A stretch of 64,000 bases of DNA from Lingula anatina. Its lineage: Eukaryota; Animalia; Brachiopoda. The notes under the pieces are model-generated. The model made no database searches. It was given only the letters and a program-made list of their open reading frames with translations, and was not told the DNA's origin. The stretch lies in the NCBI GenBank assembly GCA_051362555.1, contig CM120640.1:67186788-67250787 (forward strand), given 5' to 3'. Every line of letters starts with the position of its first letter. Position 1 is the stretch's first letter. Of the stretch, positions 40,001 to 55,000 are shown piece after piece. Position numbers and translations under genes: made by a program.

Positions 40001-43000
40001 GCATTCCTTACTGGGCCCTCCCTGTAGATATGGCGCTGCCACCGTCAGGTGACCTGCTGGATAATTGTCTAGACATTCATTGGTATGGTTTTATACTTTG
40101 CATTAGGATATAATAACATGAAATCACAAAAATAATTGGAAATATCTACCAGGATAGAGGTCCTTGATAATGGCATGTTGCAGTATTATACCCAAAGCAC
40201 AAAGATATGTAGGTAGGTAAGATGATTAAAGTCTGGTACAATTTCACCTATCCAGGGCATTCAAGGGAGGAAAACTTGCTTAACAAATGAAAAAAACTTT
40301 AAAGCTAACTACAGGCTTATGTTCCAGCACAGTTTATGTTTGACGTCATGGACACAAGTGAATATAATTTGAAACTAAATACACCTGGAGAAAAACAAGG
40401 CAGCAAAGCTGTCAAATGTACAGACAAAAAGCAGACAATAACAATGCACAAAACAGGCTACTGTCAATTCTGATGCAAAAGTACATTATGCTTAACTGCA
40501 AATTCAACATCAAATTTTAATTATGCTCAACAGGTAATACCAATGTAAGTGAAATGTGTAACAAGCGTAAGGCTTCAGGCCCACGGGAGTTTAAGTTCAC
40601 ACTTTAAAAATGCCAGAATGAGAAAAATGAAAATTTCACATAAAACTGCTTAAATTCAATAATAAATGATAACCCATTTGAGCTGGCTTTCTAATTTGAA
40701 CTGCATGCCAATCCTACAAATCATACTTGTAAGTTGAAAATAATAATAAGTAACATAGTTTTCTTTTCATAATGTTTGTAGTAGTAGTGCAAAAAGATTT
40801 TTGTCAATTTTGATGTAACATTACAAAATAAATTACAGAATAATTATCACCAATTTTTGATTATTGACTATAAATAGCATGGACATGTAGAAAATTTGAT
40901 TACCATTTGGCTTCATGTCCATGGGAGCTTCGAGTCCCACAATGAATATGCCAACATGATAAAAATGAATACGGTAATTCTCCAATCTATACGAACGCCG
41001 CAATAATTACGAACGAAACGTTTTTTCTCTGAATCTGAATTTTTTGTCTCCGTTCTGTACGAACGATCGCTTAACTCACCTTGGGCACAATTTAAATTTT
41101 CCGAACGCAAGAAAGTGTGCCCAATGCATTGAAACTCGCCCCATGATTCGTCAAAGCGAGTTTTCAGACCACCGTTCCAAACAAAGGAACTGCCACTTGA
41201 CAGGAGAGATTGTAATCATGTATTTGTGCTGTTTTTGAATGAGACGATAGAAGGACTCAACCTGCCCGCCGGCAGCTGCAGGCCAGTTTTAAAACCCTAT
41301 TGTTATTTAGAAATTATTGAAAGCATCAGTACACATAAATTACTTACTGTTTATTATCATTTCTTAACTTCTGCCGGCCGACTGGATCATCAACATCCAC
41401 CATCGGTGTTTCACCGATAACTGGTTTCCAGTAAAATCTATAAACGTGAAACCCACGCAGAACAGAAGAGTATGAGAAATCCGTAGTCAATGATCGAGTT
41501 TTTCTTTGTTTTTGGTAGTCATTAGGAAATTAAATTTTTTAAGAGGAGTTCTGTCTTGTATTGTATTTATTTTTCTAATTTGAGTTGTGGTAAAGTTCAT
41601 GCTTTTTTGTTTGTTTGTTTTTCCTTGTTAAAGACCTTGTCTCATGAACAACTATTAGGTAAACCTTACTGATATTGGTGATTGTGAAAATTAAAGGTGC
41701 CGTATGACTTTATACAAATTTACCTGCAGTTTTCTGTATTTTTTCTAATTAAGTTTACATTGATTGCGTGCAAATTAATATGCTGTAAAAGACTTTCATA
41801 AATAGACGTGAATTGAGCTGATGTTATTTTTCATATCAAGTATAATCTCTATTAACGTCAGTGATATCTACTGTGAGGAGTTTCAAGTATTTTGTTTTGG
41901 CGGAAGAAATTTATGTAGGCCTAATTGGGGGGGGGGTGACATTATTAATATTGCAGATTTTCTATATGTGAAATCATATTAAAAGTAAATACGCATTAAA
42001 TAAAATATGCAACTGGATACGCAAATATTCTTGTCTGTTTTTGACAGAAGTTGGGAAAAAACGATGTTGTCCTGTCTTGGTAAAACATAACAGGGAAAAA
42101 CGATGTTGTCTTGTCTTGGGAGAAATGTACCTCTTTAGTATGAAGGAATTGTTTCTTAACTTGAATTCCCGACTTTTGTTTAGTTTGTTTTAATTCATTA
42201 CAATATCGCAAGAATAATTTGTTTGTGCTAAAAGCTGATCACAGTGATTTAATCTGAAACTAATGCTTACACTTAGCAATGTAGGTAAGTGGAGATAATT
42301 TCCGGTACAGCCGTATTCCATTCGTATTTCAATGGATACGAACGCGTGGCAATTTTTAGCAGACTGAATTTCAGGCCTTACGAACAAAATGATTATCTTC
42401 CAAAAATAATTAATTTTAATCGTTCGTATAGATTGGAGAATTACCGTATTTCACTAAAATGTATAACTTCCAGAAAAAGAAGCCAATTAGACTGCTTTTC
42501 CAACTCAGGCTGCATTTTAGTCCTTTGTTTCTTTTTTGAAAGTTTGACAATCATAAGTAACATGGTTTTCCCATAATGGTCATCATGGCAGCAGCACCCA
42601 AAATTGTGTTTTCTTCTATTTTAATGCAATATTTCATAATGCTTAACAGCATAATGACCATCAGTTTTTAATAATAAAAGATCCGTATCGTGGATTTTCA
42701 GAAAATGTGACTAGCATGGGTCTTCAAGCCCGTGGAGGTTCTAAGTCACACCTTGAAAATGCCAATATGTGAAAAATTAAATTTTCACAAAAAACTGATT
42801 AACTGCCAAAAAAGTTTACCAAATAGTCTGCATTGCCCACTGAAGCTTTATTTAAGTCCCATGTTTCTTCCTGTAAGTTTGAGAACAATAAGTGACATGG
42901 TTTTTCTTAAATGGTCATCATGGGAGCAGTGCCCAAAATAGGTTTTTTTTCAAATTTTGATGCAATATTACATAATGTTTAACAGCATAATGACCATCAA

Positions 43001-46000
43001 TTTTTAATAATAAAATATTAGTATCATGGATATTCAGAAAATGTGACTAGCAAAGGTCTTCAGGCCCATGGAACTTCAAAGTCACAACTTGAAAATGCCA
43101 AAATGTAAATAAGACAGCACTGTTCTGAAATGTTTTTTTCCCATTTTTAACAATTTTTAACATAAAACAAAATTAACAGTTTACTGCCATTTTTATATGA
43201 TCAACTTAGAAAATTGATGAGATGGGAAAAATATCAATAAAGCAGTGTTAAATGTCCAATTTCTTCCATTCTGAGATTCTGAACATAGTGAATGATTGAA
43301 TCTGACAAACTGCAATGATATGAGTTTATTTCCATTTTTGAAACTTTATTACACAATACACGATAACAAGTTTGCCATCATTTTTACAAAATCAACTAAC
43401 AATGTTGTAAAGATGCAGGAAATGTCAAACAAAAACTTTTACGTATCTTATTAGTTTAATAATGAGACTGTTAACATGCCTAAGAATTGAATCTGAGGAA
43501 ATGTGAAAAATATGCTGAAAAGTGAAAAAACAGCATAACTTCTACAATAATGGCCCGATCATGCTGATTTTCGAACTTGACCTGCGTTTTATGAATATTT
43601 ACCAGCTCTGTAAATATAAAGCCAAAAAGTAAAACTGCCCTCCACTTATCGTGTTTACAAGGAAAGTGCACGGCGACGGCATCGGCATCGGCATCGGCAT
43701 CGCCATCGGCATCGGCATCGGCGACGACAGACGCAGGTGATGGCAATATGTACAGACACATCTGTGTCTGTACATAAAAAGTCTGTTAACAATGGTAATT
43801 AAGAAAGAACCCAGAGTAAAAGGTGGTGTGTGCAAAATGATTCTCCAATTAGGCACATGATCAGTTATGTAATCATGCTATTGACAGAAAGAAAAAAAAG
43901 TCACCAGGAGCATAGTTGCATATATATCCACAGCTGCAGATTTAATGAGGTCACAGTGTCCCAACGTGAAAAATTAATTACATCCAAAGACAGAAGTGAG
44001 ACGTAATATTTTATGTTGAATAAAAAACCCATATAATGTTATATTGAACTTTTGTCTAAGAAGTTTAATCAACATATAGTGCCATATGATGGTAGCTATA
44101 TCAGTTTTCACCTGGTTTTGAGTTTTAAGACAAAAAAAATTAATCAAATAAAAAAGATATGTTAAGTAACTTACCTTTCTAAAAAATTTTGAAATATATG
44201 TCCTCTTAAGGAATTGCAAATTTCTTCAATATATGGCTAAAATAAAAATATAAGATATAATAAAAATAAGATATCAAATATCAGTGAAAACCATGAAAAG
44301 ACATGTATATTATAAAAGATATGCTTTTTCTTTTCCCACAAATGTAGACGCCTCTAGAATACCCCATTTATTCTTACTTTGGATTTTTTTCTTTCTTCAT
44401 ACCACTAAATAAATCATACAACTCCCAGGACATTCAATTCACTCAGCCAGGACTTTATCACTGATAACAGAAGCAGTAGATAATGAACCCTGCATTTATC
44501 CAAGAAACAGAAAAAGACATTATCAAAGCAAGATCAGAAAGATATTAGTCTGCTAAGATAACGATGCCCCAATATGCCAATTGCATTTTCCCAGAATCAA
44601 ATCTATATATTAAAAGTGCTTTTGCTAAATTTTGTTTCTTCATTATGTCACATCAGTGGTGTTAGAAAGAAGCCCAAGACCTCAGCTGAGTGAAATTGGA
44701 GGTGAAAAATACAAAATCAGACTTCTCAATTATGAAGGGTAAATTTGGCTAGGGAATTTTAGGCAGGTTATGAAATCTCAAAATATAAATTCTGCACTAA
44801 ATTCACCTACGACTAACCTGCATTCACTAAAAATCAAATAACCATATCTCACTTTGATGAATTACACTATGGGCTAAGGGTTTTATGTTCAGTCTTGTGG
44901 TGTGTTAAAAGACTGGTGGCCTAAAGGGGTAATATGTTTACATGGCACAGACTGGCCTCATGATTCAAAACATCAATCAGACACGTGCATGTGAAAGTAT
45001 ATGTCATACACGTTCAATGCTGAGTGCATGCATAAGCAACCGCAACTGCACCATAGAGTTGTGTCTACAGAAAGGTAGTCATGGATTCCAACCACTTCTC
45101 TGAAGTCTCTCACCTCAAATACATTGGCTGGTAGCTGTCTTGACTTCTGTGCTTGTGTGAGCATATCTTGCACGTGGTCTACAGCTTCTTTGGAGTATGT
45201 CTGGAAAGTGAAAAATTACAGCATTTGTTTACATTTCAGTGGGAGATTGGTAAAACGCAATATACATACTACCACGGCTGCAGTTCTTGTTAAAATTTTT
45301 TTCGCTCATACAAATGTATACAAAAGTAGCATATGGGCTAGGTGAAAAAATTGGAGATCTTTTTTGGTGTTATGCCAATACTAAATAAGGTCATCATTAT
45401 TTTGTTGTTGTTGTTCATGAAACAAAAAAAAATCTATCTATCTATCTATCTATCTATCTATAGTATTATTGTTCTGTTAGTGAAACAATACTGAATCCTT
45501 AGTTTAATGTTCTGAAATGATCTTAGCAGAAATCATATGCTGCAGTGGTTGGAATATTTCACAATTTATGTTAATGCCAATTAAATCTTGTCCAGGTAAC
45601 CCTTCAATCTACAGGCTAAACACGACTCTTAAATTGCCCAAGAACATGCTTCTTTCACTTTCCCAAAAACAAATCAATCCTGACTGAATCTAAAGGTGTG
45701 AACAGAGAGGATAACTTCAGGCCAAAAATCAGTTTATCTTGTACAATCTGATGGCAAGTTTACAGAGAGGCCCTATTACAACTCTCACCTGGGTGTCTAA
45801 TGACACCAGTTTTACCAACTTGGGGTATAAAAATAGGTCTAGTCTGTACAAGTCTAATCTATCATCCCATTCTAACAGACCTGGAACTGGACCTAGACTT
45901 TTATCCCACTGAATAATGGATTTGGTTGCAATTATTGGTTGTTTTGGACACAAAATGGGTTTTAATCCTTAAAATTGATGGTGTATGGTTGGCACAGAGC

Positions 46001-49000
46001 TGGGAATGGAATGCCCATGTAAGAGAGCACTCCCTGAACATAGTCCTATGCCAAGGCAAAAATGTTTAAAATAATAAATAACAAAAAAAAATCTTTAAAC
46101 AAACTAGGAGGCTAGCATTCAGTTATAATAGCAACTGCTATCTTCCTCAATAACTGTCTATCCCGGAAATTTCACCAAATTTTGTGAAGAGCTTTTTGAG
46201 ACATCTTGTCCATATATAAACCAGCGCAGATGAAAACATTACCGCCTTCATTTGTAGAGACAGAAATTACTGCATCAATAATGCAATATGCAATAATCTA
46301 GCATCATTCATCTCTTATGACAACCATTTGCCAACACATCCCCTATAAACAGAGTTTTTACAGGGCTATAATATCCATCTTTTTTTTTTCTTTTTGTGGT
46401 AAAGAATTTTTTCCAAAGTACATTTGTCCCATGTGACCACTGGTCTCCTGATACATGCCTAATACTATATGACCTAGTTATCACTTGTAATTATCATCAT
46501 TAGGACAACACAGAAAACCTATAGTTTGTCTGGCTTCTCTGCTGACTTTGTGTTCTAACAGTCTGAGATATATCCAGGCCATGGGAATGAATTCCATGAA
46601 GTACACTTTCACTAACAGGTACGCACTGAATGATAGGGCCAACAGGTACAGCCCTGCTCACTGGAATCTTCTCTCACCTACCGTACACCTTGCAACGTTT
46701 ACTTGAAATAAAATATTAAGCTTGACATGATTTTGCTGATAATTTCTAGATAAGCCATAGCCTATTAACTTCAAGTACAACAAATTTCAAATTCTACTAC
46801 TCCGAGAAATATGGTATGCAAAACCATTTTAACAGGCACGTGCCAGACTTAGTTTACAGAGTTGCAGAGCTTTGCTAAGGTGCTCCCACAAAAAGCATAC
46901 ATTTTGATAAATGTTAGAAAAGGGTTTAATTTCTTTTCATCATTGATCCATTTCCTCACAGGAATATCATGCTTTGTCTTGAGAAAAAAAAGCATGCAAC
47001 ATCTAAGAAGTCAATCATAAACCTTCACAACCAGGGACTGCTCATTCTTCTGCTATTGTGGATTTGCCTTCTACAGTTTGCTTAAAATGGTGATAATGAA
47101 GAAATAGAAACTTCCACCTCCCTAATCACATACCAGCAAAGGCTGGGGAATTCCTTGAAATATTAATGAAAGGGCAAAAATTATATCTGGTCTACTTAGC
47201 ATTAAAGGCATTCCCAGACATTGTGCAGTAGGGTAGAAGTGAAAAAAATACTGGGAAGAGAAGAGGTCTGGAGTATTATGGTTCCAGGAAAATAACATTC
47301 AACTGTAATCCAGTAATGTATGAATCAGTATATTTTCCACTAATTTATCTCGTCACAGAAACTGCAGATGTTATCATTTTACTGATGCTTTAATGAAACA
47401 GGATTGCAGATTGAATATATGCATTAGAATATACCAATATGATTCCCTCACATATATTTTCCATCAATAATTATGGTAATGACTTGTACTTTTCAAAGGG
47501 GATATTGTGAATTTTACAGTTATTGCATTTTTTTATTTAATAAATTCTTTAAATTTCAACATTCCTACTGAGTGGTAGCAACAAAATTGAAAAGCAAGCT
47601 ACCCTGTTATTTTACTTTATACAGTAAAAGCACCCCAAATGCCATATAGATACATGATTTTTCATGATTCCAAAATTATGTACCAGTATCTAAAAGACTG
47701 ATAATTTTTCTCATTGAAAAAATCAAGTCATTACCATACTTCAGCTAATTGAGTGTCTAATTTCTAACACGCTTGTTAACTAGACAGCCAGGCTGCTATA
47801 TCTACTGACAGTTACACACATACACATGCACACACACACACACACACACACACTTCTGCTAATGGCAACGACAGATGCAGCTATTGCTTTATGTCTAGAC
47901 ATAATCCATAAAAACAAAATACACTTTCAATGTGTGATAAGTCACTAAGATGCATTCAGCACTGTTTAATAAAGATTTGTAAAGACCGTAAAGATTGCAA
48001 AATTCTACATTAAGAAATATATCTGTGCTTAGACAAAAACAGGATTAAAATACAATTTTGAAGTGGAAAAAAAATGTAGACCTGCTGCATCTAGTATAGT
48101 GGTATATACTTACATGGCTCTGTGATAACAATTCTTTCATGATGTAATTGTCGTAAACATGTTTTCCTAATTCTATTCGTTCTTCATCTGTTTCTAATTT
48201 TTCAAATTTCCTTATCTGCAAAGAAAACAAAAACACAATCAAACAATTGAATGCATCAGGCAAAAAAAATTGCTTGACTTCAAGAGTACACAATTTGCTT
48301 CCAGCTGCAAAGCAAAACGAAATGTTTTGAAATTAGACTCCAACACAAAATAAGATAACTCTTATTTGTTTTAAACATCTGCAAGAAAAAATGGCCACAT
48401 CAGAGATATAGAGAAGACATAAGGGTCGGCCAAAGACCAGTGGGCTATTTAGAGTCTCCCAACATCCACTTTCTCTTTCTCTCTCTCTCTACTTACACAG
48501 CTGGTGAGCTTGGTCAGTCTGGTGATATAAAGATATGAATTTAATCAACATTTTCAAAAGTGAATGCAGTCCAATATTACTGCATAAGGTCAAACATACT
48601 TTAGTTTTAACTCTCTTTCTTTCTTTCAAACTTCAAGAAGTGCCAATCTGGTGAGTATCCTGTGAAATATTCTAACAAACAACCATATTTTAATATTTTT
48701 CCAGAAACTAATTTTCCTAGAACTAAGAAAAGAAAGAAAAAAATAACAGCACAATTTTTTTGCTTTGTTACTGTACTTCATACCTTTTTTGCAGCAGACC
48801 CATATTAATATATATATTATGCATAATGACATGGAATCGCTGTGTGGAGGTGGATTACACAAGTGAGGTTAAAAGATAAAAGCATTTGCTGTGTTTTATT
48901 ATGTATTCTTAATGGAAATCAGTTCACTGTATCTTCTTTTTTTCAGTGCAGCCCATTCCTAACACATCAATAGCCTGGGTCTGTGAGGCAGTGGAATACC

Positions 49001-52000
49001 TACTAACCTGATCAGAATACCACACCGAAATAATATCTAAATATATGACCTAAATTTCAACAGGCTGTTTTCTTCTGTTTTCATTTTTACAAAAATTTTA
49101 GTCCATAATTACTTGGACAATATTTGCACACAAATACCCCCCCCCCCCAAAAAAAAAACAAAAAAACAAAAAACAATTCACACCCAAAGATGCATACATA
49201 TGTACACACTTGCACGTCATTCTGTAAACATTCACTACAGCACAAACACCCACGTGTATAAAACTAAATACATCTGTTCACAATAAACTTAAACACATTA
49301 CCCATACATTAAACCACGTTTTAGGAATAAAGCCAATTTTAGTTGATTTTTTGGTCACCTCAAGCAAAACTAAAATCTTTCCTCATGCTCAAATAAGCAC
49401 CTATTTCTACATGGCCAGACATAAGTGATAATGTTATACACAAAACAGCAAATCTAATCAGGCATTCAGTTATGGAACTTTGACGTAGAGACTTAAAACG
49501 CTGCAAGCAGAAAACATATAACTGTGCTGCTAATGACAGCGTTGTTGTGAGTTCTCTACATTTTCAGCCAGTATGATCAAATGTAAAATTATTTGTTTCC
49601 ATGAATGAGGAACTGTTGAACACTCAGTTCAGCACTCGGTCATATTTAATGCAATCACACTATATGAACACATGCATAAGTTACAGAATTATAGGCATTT
49701 TCCACATTCTCCATGAGGAAAATTGCATTGTGGGAAAGTGAGTCCTTGTTGTGTAGAAACACTGGTAGTGGTACTAAGACCCATCCCACAGTTTACGTGC
49801 TATGTGTCCAACTGCTACTATAAAAATAAGCTTATTTAAATAAGAACCAAAAAAGGTGATTTGTTTGGAAGGACTTTGGAACAACAACCACTGCATCTCA
49901 GTGAAAATGAAATGTCTAAAAAAATGCAAAAAAAAAAAAAAAAAAGACACTGGAAGTCACAATGACTATTCCTATTGTACGTAGTACTCAGACCCTAACG
50001 AACTGCTAAAATCTGTGCATGAAAAAAACTAGGATTATTTATCAAATGTGCACAATCTTCAAAAACTATTTTCAGAGAAATTAAAGAATCCAGGGAAAAA
50101 CTATTTGTGTAAAGAACATTATACATATCTGAAGAAAAAGGGTAGAAAAAGATAAAAAGAAAGAAAACCCCTTGAGCATGAAGGTATGGAAAAAGAAACC
50201 AGAACTGTTACACGGGATTTGCAAGTTATGAAGTATTCTATAATTTCATGACTTCTTGCATCCAGGTATTGCTGATGTGTACTACTGGGGTTCAAATTAC
50301 CAAGACAGCAACACAAAGAGGAAAATGCACCTTGGTTAGAATTCATGTTGAATGCATTACAGGCAAAAAAAATCATTTGTTGAATAATGTATTTCTGAAT
50401 TGTGCAAGATATGGGTCATGTTTTTTAATTAATGCCCAAAAGCCAAACCTTTTTTAGTGTTAAAAATGATCATATACAGACTTAAAAATGTTAGTGTCCT
50501 GGACACAACAGGGCAGTAACTGAGGAAACCAGGACATCTCACATTCAAATAACAAGAAAAAATGTTAATATTTAATTAAATTTAGTGTTACAGTTGAACT
50601 GTTCCACCACATATGCCTTCAATCACAGTACCGATACAAAATATATTTGTTAAGAAAGATTTCATGGAATGTTAACTTATGAAGCAACATCACAATTACA
50701 AGCATAGACTTTTAATGATACAGCACCATGTTACTACAAAATGTACATCACAGTTGTGTAAACTACACATATAAATGATAAAGACACTAAATTGTTGATA
50801 AATATAATCTAGCCATGTATATGATAAGTAACACAAATATGTGAAATAATCAAGTATGGAAATATGTCTTTTTCTCTCTTAAAAATGTTGCAAACAATGA
50901 AATACATGTATATGGAAAATATAAATTTGAGTAACTTTATGATCCATGATTGAAAATGATGAAAAAATACACCTGAAAACATTAAAACATAAAAAAAAAT
51001 TTGCTGTACTTCTTTAGTTTTGTTTTGGTCTGGCAGATATTGTTTTAATTTGTCAGAATTTTTACACAGACCAAATTACATTTTTTTACCTGCCATAAAG
51101 CCTGTACATGTAATGTAACAGTAAGACATGGTTAATAATGAAAATTATCATCTAGAAAGGTGTCAAAATTACCTGTCTCACCTATTTAACACATAGCATT
51201 GGAAGATGTTAATTACAGAAGAAAGACCCTAGTTATGGCTCACCTTAACAACTGAAGTAACTGGTGCCTTATCAGGTACCATTTAACTTATCCAAAGAGC
51301 AGTCTGCATGTTGATTTTACACAGTAGGTACCAGTATAGCAATGCAGGAAATTATTGTATTTTATTTTTTCAAAAATCTCTTAAGCTATCCCTCAAATGA
51401 AACATATAAAACCTTAAAGAATTTATACTACATGTACACATGATAGCAAATGAAATGATATCGCCACAGCTTACATACAACATGTACCTGTCCATGGACT
51501 AGATAACGTTGTGTAAGTGTCCAATGGCAATTTTGTGCTTCAGGCACCTTTTTAGTTCTGGCACTACCTTTTTAGTTCTGGCACTATGCAAGCTTGGAAC
51601 AGCTTTTCAATAAAAGCATCAGGTATGTCACCCTCACATACTGATGCCTTGCTGTAAAGATCAGAGTACTACAATGACCTCTGTGGCGTGCTGTTCCTGT
51701 CAGTGCCCACTTTTCATTTCCCCGAAAGATAAAAAAAGGTCTATAGAATGTGGTAAAGCAATCACACACAACAATAAGGCAAAAACAAAAAGTAGAAAGG
51801 AAGATTCAAAACTTTATTGGATTTGGTGACAAATACAATTTTAATATCCCATATGTCCACATTACCTTGCCAAGGACAGACTAATGTAATACAGTTAAAC
51901 ACACAAACCATAGTTCTGTACATGATTTCAGTGAAGAAATATAAAACAACAACAGATTGCTTACAAAATAAAAATGTTTTCATGACTTACTTAAATGCCC

Positions 52001-55000
52001 AGAGATATCCTTTGAAATAAAGAGAGGTACATGCATTCTAATGTAAATAAATATAATATAAATATGGGGGCTCCATCCCCTGTTTAGTATACTGTTCTTT
52101 GTACCCTTTTGTTTCAACTTAATTATAGTAACATTACTAATTACTTAGGAGCTGAAAAACTTATTAAATAAAATGTCTATACATAAGCAAAGACTCTTTG
52201 GTGTGGATTGAAGATGTTAATTTTATGCTGAATTTGTCTAATTTGACTCTCAAGTTATCCCATATCTGTTTTTCCTATTTAGGTGTATAAAAATATAAAC
52301 ATGGCCCTAAATATTAATATATGGATAAAACCATTTTCAAATGATCTGCAAAACTCAGACAAAGAAAAATAAGAAAATGGGGGTATGGGGACTGATCTTC
52401 TGCTTCTCCTTGTCCATAAAACTATATGAGATCAAATTTAAGTTTTATACTGTACTCCATTATTCTTTTTATCCCTCTTACACACTTAAAAAGTTGAATC
52501 TTTGCAGCTTTTAAAAATCCCAAAGCTGAACTAACATTGAAAAGGTGATGGCCATGAAAGTTTATCATTAAAAGTGAGTGTTACTGAAAATTTGTAGATA
52601 ATGTTTTTTAACTGGTGCCCTGTATAATTCAATTGTTTACAACAGATTTGCAGCTAGTAGTATATATCAAGAAGCATTGGCGAAATCTGCCACTTTTTCA
52701 TGTGTTTTCCTTGCCATCATCAACATTTGTTTACATTCACTTAGATATTTTTCAAACCATCTTTGCATTGGACTAGACAGCCAGGCTGGTACACACAAGT
52801 TTGAATTTACTGGGTACTTACCAATATGTTTCAGTGTATCAAAAGTCTCTTGGTTTAAGATGGCCGAGACAAATTAAAAAATTAAAGATATTTTAGCTAT
52901 TTTAAAAACTTTCCTAAGCCTTATTACAGTGGCTGAGATCGTAAAGCGGTAAGGAACTGCCACACCTATAAAAATGCATCAACCAGACCCAAAATTACAC
53001 TTATGGTGGACCCTATATGCAACTTGCAACTACAGTATAAAAAATATATATATACACTAAACGCAAAAGTAGGTAATAAGCATAACGATATTTAAATAAA
53101 TAAACAATTTCAGAAGCTGATGATAAAACATTAGTCAAAGTTCATAATCAAATGGCACAGAATTATAAATTCATATATGTCAATCTTTTTGATGGTATAA
53201 ATTGTCACACAACTAACAAGTAATTATCTTAACATTTTTGACAATGGTATTTGGTGCATTGAAATTGACAATAATTAAAATGCATAAAATCTGTGGATAT
53301 TAAAGGTAATTCGAGGCTATAAATTAAACCTAATATGTCAAATTGTTATTTGGCAATATTTTTCTTTCTCAATTAACAATTCCACTATATCTAAGCCTTC
53401 AGGGATGGATGGACTTAATTATCATTATCACTAGCTTACAGCTTAATAGGCAACATACCAATAAGGCTAGATCATGAAAATGATTTTATACGAAAAAGAT
53501 GACCTAAAATATTCTGCTACATCAGCAGTAGCTAATGCTTTTGCAGCCCCTGGAATGCATTTGCTGAAGCAGAATGGAACAAAATAATATGCCATTTTTG
53601 AAAGGAAATGTCTGCATCTTTTTTTCTTTTTTTTTTTTTCAATTTTATCCTAGGGAAGCTCCAGAGTGGCCCTGCAGACAAGTTATTGATTTCTGAAACT
53701 AAACATTAATCAATTTGTATTCAGTTATTGTTATCTTCCAGGTAAGTGGCTTGCTATGAGTGGAAGCAGAGGACAGGCATTTTTTTCTCCAGGCAATTTT
53801 TTTCTCTTTGAAAGCACAACAAAAAAATAGATTTGTCCTGGTTTAGCAGGTTGTTTTGTTTGTACCTTCAATTCCATTCTTCTTAAAAACAAAACATTGT
53901 TTTAACAAGAGCACTCAGTGAAGTGCATTCCTCTGCCACTCAAGAAGCTCTCAGATTTGGTCTAAATGCATACTCAACTAAAGACCTTCAGTCCCTGACA
54001 GTGCTATCAATGTGAATTTGTATGGATACTTATCAACTTATGGGAAAGATGAAGAAGTTTTTGTTATCCTAAATCTTCCAAATTTTCAAAGAGAATGTTT
54101 TGTCCCAAAATCTAATTTCCAATACAAATAAAACTGAATCTTTAAAGGTGATGCTTAAAGAATTCAGATGAAGTATGAAGGTAGTTCCTGAGGAATGGTG
54201 ACTAAGGTCCCATTCAGAAGGGAGAACTAACTAGTCTGAGGGTCAAATATGGCCGACCCACTTGAATACAGGGAATCTATTCAGTGTCTATTAGCAGATT
54301 AGATAGCAAGCTTTGTAGTGGGTCATCATATTTGACCCTAGGACTAATTAGTCCCCTATTCTGAATGGGGCCTGAGAGGTGGAACATCATGCATTTTGAG
54401 TTGACTTGATCTAAGGTATTTCATCAAAGGCCCTTTTTTGTCTAATGATTTTGTCCTTAAGTCCTCAAGTACCTTTAGTATCCATTCAGTGTCACTGTTA
54501 TAGCATTTCAAATGCTCTTCTATTAAAATTATACCAATTCACCAATGCCATTTTTAACATCAACTTGATCCTTGATGCACAAGAAAACCAAATGTTCACT
54601 TCCCTCTGTGGAGAAACAAAATCTCAGTCAACAAGCTTTAAAACAACATTTTTCCAAATTTGAGTAACTAAATCAACTTCAAACCCAAGAGAGCAGCTTT
54701 GTTTAATTAATTAGCAGTAAATGAATTGTCCTTGGATGTTGAGAGAGAAGTGGACTCAAATTGCAGTTGTGCTTTCACTAGAGTTTCAGACTTAGTTTTC
54801 CATCAGCCAAATGAGGCACAGGCTCTAATAGGGGAAAACCTAACATCTTTTGTGGGCTGAAAAAACATATGCACTTGAGAGTTGCTTAGTAATTTTCCAC
54901 AATGTATCTATAGCAAAATTCATTAAGTTATGTCCCCTGACAGTTTTACCAACTGCCTGTATGAAACTTTTTCCAAATAAAACATAAAAGATTCTGAGAG

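Noticed and set aside
16074-43856. Three similar ORFs ([14 protein letters not shown]...) suggesting a small gene family
   Set aside because: They are translations of the repeated HINE terminus and its microsatellite, not coding genes.
45729-46270. Possible decayed retroelement or HINE-like fragments
   Set aside because: Too degenerate to assign termini or a family from the sequence alone.
52822-52870. Strong GTAAGT donor-like site with a short open frame in a GRK intron
   Set aside because: No convincing acceptor, a phase incompatible with the phase-0 host intron, and no similarity to GRK sequence.
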